Translations under genes and position numbers: made by a program
Shown here: piece by piece, positions 23,578 through 32,116 of the stretch
Layout of the letters: the number at the start of each line of letters is the position of its first letter
Numbering within the stretch: the stretch's first letter is position 1
IMG/VR virus record: IMGVR_UViG_3300024996_000130
Coordinates: 1 to 42,232 of that record
DNA length: 42,232 nucleotides
Reading direction: 5' to 3' (one strand)
DNA from: a virus
Taxonomy: Duplodnaviria > Caudoviricetes
Notes under the pieces: generated by a model
Seen by the model: the letters and a program-made list of their open reading frames with translations, nothing else
Database searches by the model: none
What the model was told of the DNA's origin: nothing

Positions 23578-25283
23578 TGGCGAAACCTTCTGTCAAAACC
23601 GGGCTTGTCCGGCCGAACGGCATGGCGATCACGCATGCCGAGGTCGCATACGTGCAAGCCCGCGCGAATTTCGGTTTCGCCCGCAGCAATGAGGCGGCGT
23701 CGGATAATGGCGCATTCCTGTCCGGCTGGCGGCCGTGGCTTGGCAGTGCCGACCGCGACTGGATTCCCGATCGTGACAAGGTGGTGGCGCGTGCGCGCGA
23801 TGCGTCCCGCAACGATGTGGTGGGCGCATCCGCCGGGAACCGCAAGGTCAACCGGTCCATCGGGTCGGGCTGGCGGCTGGCGAGCCGGGTCAATGCGCGC
23901 GCGCTCGGCATCAGTCCCGATGCGGCCGGCGAATTGCGCGCGGAGATCGATACGCAGTTCCGGATTTTCGCCTATGGCACCGGGTTTCATAGCGATGCCG
24001 AGCGCAAAAAGACCTTTGGTCAAATGCTTCGGCTTTCCGCATCCCATCTCTTTCACGATGGTGAGGCGCTGGGCGTTGTCGAATATGCCAGTGATGAGCC
24101 GACGCAGTTTCGCACGCGGCTTCGGATGGTCGATCCCGACCGCCTCTCCAATCCGATGGGGCAGATGGATACCGCCGATCTGCGCGGCGGCGTCAAACGG
24201 GATAAAGCCGGTCGTGTTCAAGGTTATTACATCCGCGAGGCCCATCCGAACGATCTGGGTGTAAACCCGTCGCTGGTCTGGAAATTCTGGCCGCGCTTTG
24301 CAACGCCGTTCGGCCGTCCGCAAGTGCTGCATGCCTTTGACGAGAAGCGGGCGGGGCAGTCCCGCGGTGTGTCGCAATTCGTGTCGGTGCTGAAGTCGCT
24401 GCGCGGCTTCAACCGGTTCACGGATGCCACGCTGGAAGCGACGACGATCAATGCGCTGTTTGTGGCGTTCGCGAAATCGTCCGCCGGCTTGGAAGCCGTC
24501 AGCGAAAATATCTCGCCGGAGGATCTGCAGGGTTTCGGCAAAGAACGGAAATCCTATTACGACGAACATCCGATCACGCTTGGCGGCGCGCAGATTCCGG
24601 TGCTGCCGCTGGGCGACGAGATCGCGATGCAGACCGCCGCCCGCGATACGAGCGGTTTCGATTCTTTTGTTCGCGCCATTCTTCGTCTGATCGCCGCCGC
24701 ACTCGGCATCACGTATGAAGAATTGTCGATGGATTTCAGCCAGACGAATTATTCGTCGGCGCGGGCGGCCCTTGCAATCGCATGGGATGAACTTCTGGTG
24801 TTCCGCTCGATCATCGCATCCCAGATCGCGAGCCCGTTCTTCGTGGCCTGGCTGGAAGAGGCCTTTGACATCGGAACGCTGACGATTCCGGCCGGTGCGC
24901 CGGATTTCTACGATGCGGTCGATGCCTATGCCGAATGCCTGTGGATCGGGCCGGGCAAGGGGTACATCGATGAAACCAAGGAAGTCGATGCCGCCGCCGC
25001 GCGGATCGAAGCCGGTATCTCCACCCTCGAAAAAGAGTGTGCGGAGGATGGCGAAGACTGGCGCGATGTGATGGCCCAGCAAGCCATCGAGCAGGCCGAG
25101 CGCGAGCGGTTGGGACTTCCTGCGCCCGGTCACAACAACGGCGGTCCGCCGCTTGATCCCGCGCAAGAGGATCTGGCTGCGCGTCAGCGTGATGAACGGC
25201 CGCAGGGTGGTGCGCTGGCCCGCCTGGCCGCCCGCGCCCGTTCAGCCGAACACAACATCTTTCTCGATCAACGTCCCAGCTAA
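23577..25283 (+). CDS. Lambda-family portal protein
   Basis: ARARDASRN, DGEAL, DPDRLSNP, GQSRGV, TYEELSMDFSQTNYSSARA. Confidence 0.95.
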   Translation: MAKPSVKTGLVRPNGMAITHAEVAYVQARANFGFARSNEAASDNGAFLSGWRPWLGSADRDWIPDRDKVVARARDASRNDVVGASAGNRKVNRSIGSGWRLASRVNARALGISPDAAGELRAEIDTQFRIFAYGTGFHSDAERKKTFGQMLRLSASHLFHDGEALGVVEYASDEPTQFRTRLRMVDPDRLSNPMGQMDTADLRGGVKRDKAGRVQGYYIREAHPNDLGVNPSLVWKFWPRFATPFGRPQVLHAFDEKRAGQSRGVSQFVSVLKSLRGFNRFTDATLEATTINALFVAFAKSSAGLEAVSENISPEDLQGFGKERKSYYDEHPITLGGAQIPVLPLGDEIAMQTAARDTSGFDSFVRAILRLIAAALGITYEELSMDFSQTNYSSARAALAIAWDELLVFRSIIASQIASPFFVAWLEEAFDIGTLTIPAGAPDFYDAVDAYAECLWIGPGKGYIDETKEVDAAAARIEAGISTLEKECAEDGEDWRDVMAQQAIEQAERERLGLPAPGHNNGGPPLDPAQEDLAARQRDERPQGGALARLAARARSAEHNIFLDQRPS

Positions 25284-25292
25284 AGGTCAATC

Positions 25293-26774
25293 ATGGACGG
25301 TAATGTCGCCAAACTGGCGGCCCGCTATGCGGGCCGCCCGGTTCTGATGGAGCGTGGCTCGCTCGATTATTGGGTCGGCCGGATTCGGGCGACCGATCCG
25401 CGCGCGTTTCAGAAACCGGGCCGTTTCGACGCGTTGTTGCGCAGGCTGGGCGCCAAGCGTGAGCAGCCGCTTGCCTTCGATGATGACGATTTTCCGCCGC
25501 CGCCTCCGTTGGAAGAGCGACTGGTCTATGCGCCGCGTTACATCGGCCAGCCGGATGACACCGGCTATGGCTGGAGCCTGAAGAACGGCGTGGCGTTGAT
25601 GTGTGCCGACACGCCGTTGCTGGCGCATGGCGATGATTTCTGCGGCATGGTGTTTCACGGCTACGACACGCTGCTCACCGGTATGCGTGAAGCGTCTGCC
25701 GACTCCCGTGTGAAGGCGATTTTTCTCAAGCTGGATTCGCCCGGCGGCGTTGCGGCTGGCGGTTTGATGACGCTGGCGCGGTGGATGCGGGACAATCGCG
25801 CAGCCGCCGGTGGAAAACCGATCTGGATTCACGCCGATATGGCGTGCTCCGCCGCCTATTGGGTGGCGGCGGGGGGTGATCGCATCGGTTGCACGCCGCT
25901 CGGCTATACCGGGTCCATCGGCTGCTACATCGTTCATGAAGATTTGACCGGCTTTTACGACAAAGCCGGCGTGAAGATCACCGAGATCAAGGCTTTCTCG
26001 CGCAAAACCGACGGCGCGGACTGGAAGCCGCTCTCGGACGAGGCCAAGGCCGATTATCAGGCTGAAATTACCCAGATCGTGTCCGAATTCGTGTCCGACG
26101 TGAACGCTGGCAGAGCTTCGCTGACGCCTGAGAAGATCGAAGCGATGGAATCGCGGTCCTTCATGGCCGAACACGCCGATCAATCGCGTTCCGCGCTCGC
26201 ACTCGGCCTGATTGATGAGGTGATTGGCGAAGAAGAGATGTTTGCCGCCCTCGTTTCCAAGATTTCCGCCCCTGAATCCACCACCGCAACCGGTTTGACC
26301 GCGCCAGGGGCCGCGGTCAGCCGCATAGAGGAGCAGCCCATGACCCAAAAGGTCGCAATGACGGCGGCCGAACGGGCCGCTCGCAAAGCTGAGTTGAACA
26401 AGGAACTTGCCCAGCTCAACGATGAAGCTGAAGCCGAGGAGGCGAAAGTCGACGCGGCGGAGGATGACGAAACCAAGGTCGATCCGAAAGCGCCTGATCA
26501 GGACAAGGAAGAGCCTGAGGCCGCGAAGATCGCCGCGAGTGAGGATGCGAAGAAATATCCGCACCTTGCGATGGCCGCGATCGCATCGAAGCAGACGCTG
26601 GCGCAGTTCCAGGCCACGGTTGCCGCTCAAGCTTCCGCGCCGAAGAAGGGTGCGCTTGCCGAGTACATGGCGAATTCGCCGCGGGTCGGTGTCGACGCAC
26701 CGCAGGCCGATGCTTCCAGCATGGGCAAGGCGCTGGTCGACGGCGCGAAGAAGTTGGCCGGAAAGAAGGCCTGA
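25293..26774 (+). CDS. S49 head maturation protease with C-terminal scaffold
   Basis: LDSPGG, ACSAAYWVA, TGSIG, GLIDEV. Confidence 0.92.
   Translation: MDGNVAKLAARYAGRPVLMERGSLDYWVGRIRATDPRAFQKPGRFDALLRRLGAKREQPLAFDDDDFPPPPPLEERLVYAPRYIGQPDDTGYGWSLKNGVALMCADTPLLAHGDDFCGMVFHGYDTLLTGMREASADSRVKAIFLKLDSPGGVAAGGLMTLARWMRDNRAAAGGKPIWIHADMACSAAYWVAAGGDRIGCTPLGYTGSIGCYIVHEDLTGFYDKAGVKITEIKAFSRKTDGADWKPLSDEAKADYQAEITQIVSEFVSDVNAGRASLTPEKIEAMESRSFMAEHADQSRSALALGLIDEVIGEEEMFAALVSKISAPESTTATGLTAPGAAVSRIEEQPMTQKVAMTAAERAARKAELNKELAQLNDEAEAEEAKVDAAEDDETKVDPKAPDQDKEEPEAAKIAASEDAKKYPHLAMAAIASKQTLAQFQATVAAQASAPKKGALAEYMANSPRVGVDAPQADASSMGKALVDGAKKLAGKKA
26340..26774 (+). CDS. Nested in-frame scaffolding protein (Nu3-like)
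   Basis: GAGGAG SD 6 nt before in-frame ATG; charged coiled coil. Confidence 0.7.
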   Translation: MTQKVAMTAAERAARKAELNKELAQLNDEAEAEEAKVDAAEDDETKVDPKAPDQDKEEPEAAKIAASEDAKKYPHLAMAAIASKQTLAQFQATVAAQASAPKKGALAEYMANSPRVGVDAPQADASSMGKALVDGAKKLAGKKA

Positions 26775-26837
26775 TCACCGGCGCGGCGAAGCCCGCGCAT
26801 CTCCTGAAACAGTCTCAATCGAAAAGGACGCACCACA

Positions 26838-27521
26838 ATGGACGTCATTAAAGCAGTCCGCCCGAAGACGCTGAGCGATCTTCTCGCCTATGAGGTGGAC
26901 CCGATTTACACCCGTGAAAACCTGACGCTGCTCGCGGGCAATGGCTCCGCGCGCGACGTTGACCAGTTTTCCGTTCTTGGCGCCATCGCCGGTGGCACCG
27001 CAACGGCCGCGGCAAAGTCCGGCGGCAATACCGGGCAAGGTGTGCTGACCGTCGATGCCACCACGCCGGTTCTTTCTGGTGCCCGCGACGGCGTTTACCG
27101 CGTCGTTTGCACCACCGTTGCGGCGGGCGGCGGCACATTCACCGTCTATGATCCCGATGGTGTTCTGCTGGGCGAAATCGCGGTCGGTCAGACCTTCGCC
27201 AATCAGATCAAGTTCGCGATTGCCGATGGCACGCCGGACTTTACCGCGGGCGATGCTTTCAACATCACGGTGCTGACCGCGCCAAAATATGTTGCCCTCG
27301 ATCCCACGGCCACCAATGGCGCCCAGAACGCGGCCGGCGTGGCGCTGTTTGCCGGGCATGCCGCCGATGGTGTCGACGGTGTGATAACCGGGCTGGTTCG
27401 CGGCCCTGCGCTGCTGCGCAGTTCGGGGATTGCCTGGCCGGCAGGTATTAGCGACGCCCAGAAGGCGATCGCACTGGCGCAGCTTGCTGCACTCGGCATC
27501 GTCGTCCGTCAGGACGGCTGA
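26838..27521 (+). CDS. Head decoration protein with inserted beta domain
   Basis: LSDLLAYE...YTRE, YVALDP...GAQNAAGV, LAALGIV. Confidence 0.88.
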   Translation: MDVIKAVRPKTLSDLLAYEVDPIYTRENLTLLAGNGSARDVDQFSVLGAIAGGTATAAAKSGGNTGQGVLTVDATTPVLSGARDGVYRVVCTTVAAGGGTFTVYDPDGVLLGEIAVGQTFANQIKFAIADGTPDFTAGDAFNITVLTAPKYVALDPTATNGAQNAAGVALFAGHAADGVDGVITGLVRGPALLRSSGIAWPAGISDAQKAIALAQLAALGIVVRQDG

Positions 27522-27567
27522 TCGCCCGCCGGCATTCCCGAAACCTCAATCCTGAAAGGATTCTCCG

Positions 27568-28659
27568 ATGACTGAGATTTTGAGCCTCGATACTGGCGCG
27601 ATCAATCTGCCGTTCACGGCGGTCGATATGACTCGCGCCATCAATGAACTGCCGACGCCGTTCGGCCAGATGACCAGCGAAGGCTATTTTCCGGCCGAGC
27701 CGCTGGCCTCCAGCAATGTCGAAATCACCATCGAGAACGATGTTCTCACCGCGCTGCCGCAGACCGGCGACGGGCCGCCCACCATGTCGAAGCAAGGCAC
27801 TGCAAAGTCCCTGATCTTCAAGGTGCCGACCATCAGTCACCTGGACAATTTCTGGGCCAAAGACATTCGCAACATGCTTGCGATCATCGGCCGATCGAAA
27901 AAGCCGGAAACGGCCGCCGATCTGATGAACAAGCGGCTGATGCGTTTCAAGAACAAGTTCAATCTGACGTGGGAATTGATGCGGATGTCCTGCGCCAAGG
28001 GCAAGATTGTCGATGGCGCCGGCAATGAGATTTACGATCTCTATGCCGCGTTCGAACTCACCAAGAAGGTCGTGTATTTCGACCTCGACAATGCGGCGTC
28101 CGACGTCAGCGAATCGTGCGATCTTCTGTGGGCGCTGATGACACAGGACCTGGCGGATGAGGTCATGTCCGGCATCACCGTCAAATGCTCCCGCAGCTTC
28201 TTCAGCAAGCTGATCAAGCATGGATCGGTGAAGCAGTATTGGCAGCAATCGGAAAACGCGTTGCAGATGATGAATCTCGCGCGCGGAACGGACGGTGGTT
28301 ATCGCCCGCGCGGCTTCACCATCGGCAATGTGCGGTTCGAGGAATATGCCGTGGCGGTGCCGATGTGGGGCGGAACGAATACGCTGATCATCGCGGCCAC
28401 CAAGGGCCATGCGTTCCCGACCGGGACGCTCGACACCCATGTCACCTATGTGGCGCCGCCGAACGATCTGCGGTCGCTCGACGGTGGTCTGGCCGATGTG
28501 ACCGATGCGATCCACATCACGACCGAGCCGATGAAGCACGGTAAGGGTCTCGAAATCCTTGGCGAGATGAACGCCCTGCCGCTATGGCGCCGTCCCAACC
28601 TGCTGGTTGAGTGCGATGCGGGCGCGGGCACCTCCACCGTGCCGCGCGGCGAAGCCTAA
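27568..28659 (+). CDS. Major capsid protein, lambda gpE family
   Basis: FTAVDMTRAIN.LP, TWELMR...KGKI.D, DLYAAF, MNALPLWRRP. Confidence 0.93.
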   Translation: MTEILSLDTGAINLPFTAVDMTRAINELPTPFGQMTSEGYFPAEPLASSNVEITIENDVLTALPQTGDGPPTMSKQGTAKSLIFKVPTISHLDNFWAKDIRNMLAIIGRSKKPETAADLMNKRLMRFKNKFNLTWELMRMSCAKGKIVDGAGNEIYDLYAAFELTKKVVYFDLDNAASDVSESCDLLWALMTQDLADEVMSGITVKCSRSFFSKLIKHGSVKQYWQQSENALQMMNLARGTDGGYRPRGFTIGNVRFEEYAVAVPMWGGTNTLIIAATKGHAFPTGTLDTHVTYVAPPNDLRSLDGGLADVTDAIHITTEPMKHGKGLEILGEMNALPLWRRPNLLVECDAGAGTSTVPRGEA

Positions 28660-28667
28660 TACCCGGC

Positions 28668-28727
28668 GGTGTGAACGCCCACCTTGAAAAGCAGGCGTGA
28701 CAGCCGGGAGAGACCGGCACCATTTTT
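28668..28727 (+). ncRNA. Putative structured RNA element or terminator after capsid gene
   Basis: Stems ACGCC/GGCGT and GCCGG-GAGAGA-CCGGC, then ACCA and T5. Confidence 0.4.
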
Positions 28728-28740
28728 CGGACGGTGAACC

Positions 28741-29061
28741 ATGTCAGTGATCAGCGCAGCGCTTGACGACGTGTTTGGCGAGCCCGATCTCGCTATCGCG
28801 GCACTGTGGCGTTCGCGCGGCGCCGGCGCCGGCCGGGCGGTGCAGATCATGCGGTCGGCGCCGGACGATGTTCTGCGGTTGGGCAGCACCAATGTCGTGG
28901 CGGGCACCAATGTCTTCTTTGTCCGCCGCTCGGAGATCGCAACGGTGGAGCGCGACGACACATTCGCCATCGGGGTGGAAGTGTTCCGCGTGATCGGAAC
29001 GCCGTCGTTCCCGGATGACCGGCAACTGATCTGGCGTTGTGAGGCGGTGAAGGAAGTCTGA
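28741..29061 (+). CDS. Head-tail joining protein (gpFII-like)
   Basis: Position; beta-rich; VRRSEI...DDTF..G. Confidence 0.78.
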   Translation: MSVISAALDDVFGEPDLAIAALWRSRGAGAGRAVQIMRSAPDDVLRLGSTNVVAGTNVFFVRRSEIATVERDDTFAIGVEVFRVIGTPSFPDDRQLIWRCEAVKEV

Positions 29062-29702
29062 TGCGCATCACGGTCGATTTGCCGAAGGTACGGGAGATTT
29101 CGCGCGAAATCGTGACCGACGTCGATCGCGCGGTGACTGCCACCATGGACGAAGTGGCCCAAGGTCTGAAGGGCGATCTCCGTGCGCAGGTGCGGGGAGC
29201 GGGATTGGGCGACAAGGTCGCGAATGCCTGGCGGTCGCGCCGATACCCGGAAGGCAAGGTCAGCGCCGATGCGGCGGCCTTCGTCTGGACCAATGCCGCC
29301 AACATCATCGACGGCTTTACCCGTGGTGCCACGATCCGGCCCGTCAATGGACGGCGTTATCTGGCGATCCCGACGGAGAATGTGCCGCGGCGGCCGGGCC
29401 GGCGCGGCATGAATCGCCAGATGACGCCGGATGAGGTGGAAACCACCTTCAATCAGGATCTGAAGTTCGAAAGGACGAAGAAGGGTTCCCTGATCGCATT
29501 CATCGATGCGGTGCAGGCCAAGAGTGGGCAAGGTTATCGCCGCGCGACAAAGAAGCGTCTGGCGCAGGGCCGGACGCAACAAAGCGTCGTGATGTTCTTC
29601 TTCGTGCCGGTCGCGCAGCTTCAGAAGCGATTGAACCCGGACGAGATTGTCGATGCCTGGGCCGCGCGCGTGCCCGGTCTGCTCGCCACACACTGGAGTT
29701 GA
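29061..29702 (+). CDS. Neck/minor tail protein (DUF6441-like)
   Basis: LRAQV..AGLG..VANAWR...YP; GATIRP..GRRYLAIPT. Confidence 0.75.
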   Translation: MRITVDLPKVREISREIVTDVDRAVTATMDEVAQGLKGDLRAQVRGAGLGDKVANAWRSRRYPEGKVSADAAAFVWTNAANIIDGFTRGATIRPVNGRRYLAIPTENVPRRPGRRGMNRQMTPDEVETTFNQDLKFERTKKGSLIAFIDAVQAKSGQGYRRATKKRLAQGRTQQSVVMFFFVPVAQLQKRLNPDEIVDAWAARVPGLLATHWS

Positions 29703-29703
29703 C

Positions 29704-30135
29704 ATGCGCACTGCCGAGCGCGTGCTCGCCGCGATCGACACCATGATCGCGGTAGCGCTGCCGTATGCCGATGTACAGCGCAATGCGGACAAGCCGGTCG
29801 AACTTTCGAGCGATGGACTTGTCATCATTCGCGACGGCGATCCGGGCGAGCCGGAGGTGTATCTCTCGCCGCTTACCTACAATTTTCAGCATCGGGTCGA
29901 GATCGAGGTCGCCGCGCGGGATTTCCGCGATACCTCCGGCCACGAACTTCTCAACCAGATGCTGGAAGCAATCGGCGCCGCCGTCGAAAGCAATCGCACG
30001 CTCGGCGGCGTTGCGCTGTGGCTGGAGCCGGAGGCGCCGGTGCTGGCCGCCGTCGAAAGCTTTGGTTCTGCGCCGATCCATTGGGCCGACCTCACACTGG
30101 TCGCCCACTACATCACTTCAAACCCGTTGACCTGA
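29704..30135 (+). CDS. Tail terminator-like protein
   Basis: IIRDGDPGEPEV.LSPL.Y.FQHR, RTLGG; precedes tail tube. Confidence 0.75.
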   Translation: MRTAERVLAAIDTMIAVALPYADVQRNADKPVELSSDGLVIIRDGDPGEPEVYLSPLTYNFQHRVEIEVAARDFRDTSGHELLNQMLEAIGAAVESNRTLGGVALWLEPEAPVLAAVESFGSAPIHWADLTLVAHYITSNPLT

Positions 30136-30150
30136 TCAGGAGGAATTCCG

Positions 30151-31437
30151 ATGGCACGTGCACGCGGCTCCAGTTCTTCGATGGCGCTCGCCTTCGAAAC
30201 GATTTATGGGCTCATTCCCGTTTCCGGCTTCAAGAAAGTGCCGTTTGTCTCGTCCGCATTGGGCGAGCAACAGGATCTGATCAAGCCCAATATTCTGGGC
30301 CTGGGGCGCGATCCGCAAACGCCATCCCGCGATGTCATCAACAATGATGGCGATCTGGTGGTGCCGATCGATCTGCGGAATTTCGGCATATTTCTCAAAC
30401 TTCTGCTGGGCGCACCCACGACAACGCAAGGTGTGGCAGCCACGGGTTCCATCGCCTTTTCGGCGCAGCCCGCCGCGACATCAAAAATCACGATCAACGG
30501 CACGGATTTCACCTTTGTCTCGGCCTCGCCAGGCGCCACCGATGTGTTGATCGGCGCCACCTTGAAGGCGACGGTGGCGAATGCCGTGCGCGCGCTCAAT
30601 GCCAGCGCGGATGTCGGCGTGGCAGCGGCGACCTATTCGACCGACGATGATGGCACGACCATCTATATCACCCACGATACCATCGGCACCGCCGGCAACA
30701 GCTTCACCCTGGTCGCGGGCGGAACGCCTTCGCCAAACGCCACAGTTTCGGATGCCACACTGGCGGGCGGTGCCACGACCGGCGCTTACAACCACGTCTT
30801 CGTATCGGGCGCCAGCACATTGCCGTCCGCTGCGATTGAGGTGGGCTTTCCGGAAGTACCGTCCTATGGCGTGAATTATGGCGCGGTGGCCGACAAACTC
30901 GCCATCCAGATGCAGCGCAGCGGCCTGCTTGACGCCACCGTTTCGATGATCTGTCAGGGCGAAAAGGTGTTTTCGTCGAGCCAGGCGGGCACGCCCAGCG
31001 AAGCCGCGCTGAAACCATTCACACAGTTTACCGGTGCTGTGCTGCGTGCCGGCGTACCGGTAGCGGACGTCGTGAACGCCAATTTCACCTATGCCAACAA
31101 TTTCGACAAGGTGGAGGTCATCCGCCGCGACGGCCGCATCGGCGGTGCCGATCCGGGCGAGATCGAGATTACGGGTCAGATGGTGGTGCGCTTCGGCGAT
31201 GACGATCTGACCAGCCTCGCGCGGGCCGGTGATCCGATCGATCTTCTCTATGGCTGGAAGATCGCTGACGGCGAGGAACTGCGCTTCGCCCTGCACGATG
31301 TCTACCTCTCCAACCCGAAGAGGCCGGCGGAAGGGGCGGGCGGTGTGCAGGCCACAATTGACTGGCGTGGGGCCAAGAACGCCACCATCGGCCGCGCCAT
31401 GACGGTTACGCTGATCAACGATGTGGCGAGCTATTGA
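30151..31437 (+). CDS. Tail tube (major tail) protein with inserted domain
   Basis: MARARG..S.MALAFET.YG, LG.GRDP, VVPIDLRNFG, NHVF.SG...LPS. Confidence 0.88.
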   Translation: MARARGSSSSMALAFETIYGLIPVSGFKKVPFVSSALGEQQDLIKPNILGLGRDPQTPSRDVINNDGDLVVPIDLRNFGIFLKLLLGAPTTTQGVAATGSIAFSAQPAATSKITINGTDFTFVSASPGATDVLIGATLKATVANAVRALNASADVGVAAATYSTDDDGTTIYITHDTIGTAGNSFTLVAGGTPSPNATVSDATLAGGATTGAYNHVFVSGASTLPSAAIEVGFPEVPSYGVNYGAVADKLAIQMQRSGLLDATVSMICQGEKVFSSSQAGTPSEAALKPFTQFTGAVLRAGVPVADVVNANFTYANNFDKVEVIRRDGRIGGADPGEIEITGQMVVRFGDDDLTSLARAGDPIDLLYGWKIADGEELRFALHDVYLSNPKRPAEGAGGVQATIDWRGAKNATIGRAMTVTLINDVASY

Positions 31438-31439
31438 TC

Positions 31440-31898
31440 ATGTATACGGTGAATACGAACCGCGAATCCGTGTGGCATGATTTTCGGCCAGGTGTGCGCA
31501 TCAAGTTTCGTCTCGCGGTGCCGGCGTTAATTCTGGCGGCCCGGAATGAGGCGGCGGAGGCGGTCAATGCTAGCAAGGATAAAAAGAGTAGTCTCGTCAT
31601 CGCGAGTGGAGATGCGCTGACACGCGCGTTGGCCCGGCTGGGGATCGAAGACTGGGAAGGCGTTGGCGACGAGAATGGCAAGCCGCTGCCGGTGACGCCG
31701 AACAATGTCGATTTCTTCATGGACGGCTGGCTGGCCTGGAATTTCGTGGAACGCGTTTATGTCATTCCCGCGCTGCTGCGAGATGACGAAAAAAACGCAT
31801 TCTCGCCCTCGCGGAATGGCACTTCGGGGGCGATAACCACGGAAAAGACTACTGCCAGAACTGCAAAACGAAATGTGCGGCGTGCCCGTACACGCTGA
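31440..31898 (+). CDS. Tail assembly chaperone G
   Basis: IEDWEGVGDENGKPLPVT; between tube and tape measure; slippery site. Confidence 0.85.
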   Translation: MYTVNTNRESVWHDFRPGVRIKFRLAVPALILAARNEAAEAVNASKDKKSSLVIASGDALTRALARLGIEDWEGVGDENGKPLPVTPNNVDFFMDGWLAWNFVERVYVIPALLRDDEKNAFSPSRNGTSGAITTEKTTARTAKRNVRRARTR

Positions 31899-32116
31899 AC
31901 GCGCCGCAAACGCTTGACGGCGCCATGGCGTGGGAAGCGCTGAAACTGGCCTGCGGTCAGCTTCGCGTTTCCGCAATGGGTGGCGTCTACGGGCTTGATT
32001 ACAGCGCGATGCTCCAGATGGCCGAGGCCATGGGCGCGCTCAACGACATCTTCACAACGACGTTGCCGGGGATCGAGGCGATCCTTGTGCGCGCGCAATC
32101 CGGCGAGGGAGAATAA
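31790..32116 (+). CDS. Tail chaperone T segment, reached by -1 frameshift at A AAA AAC (31790-31796)
   Basis: -1 frame is open to 32116: KRILALAEWHFGG...CQNC...CAACPY...AWEALK. Confidence 0.8.
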   Translation, partial: KKRILALAEWHFGGDNHGKDYCQNCKTKCAACPYTLNAPQTLDGAMAWEALKLACGQLRVSAMGGVYGLDYSAMLQMAEAMGALNDIFTTTLPGIEAILVRAQSGEGE

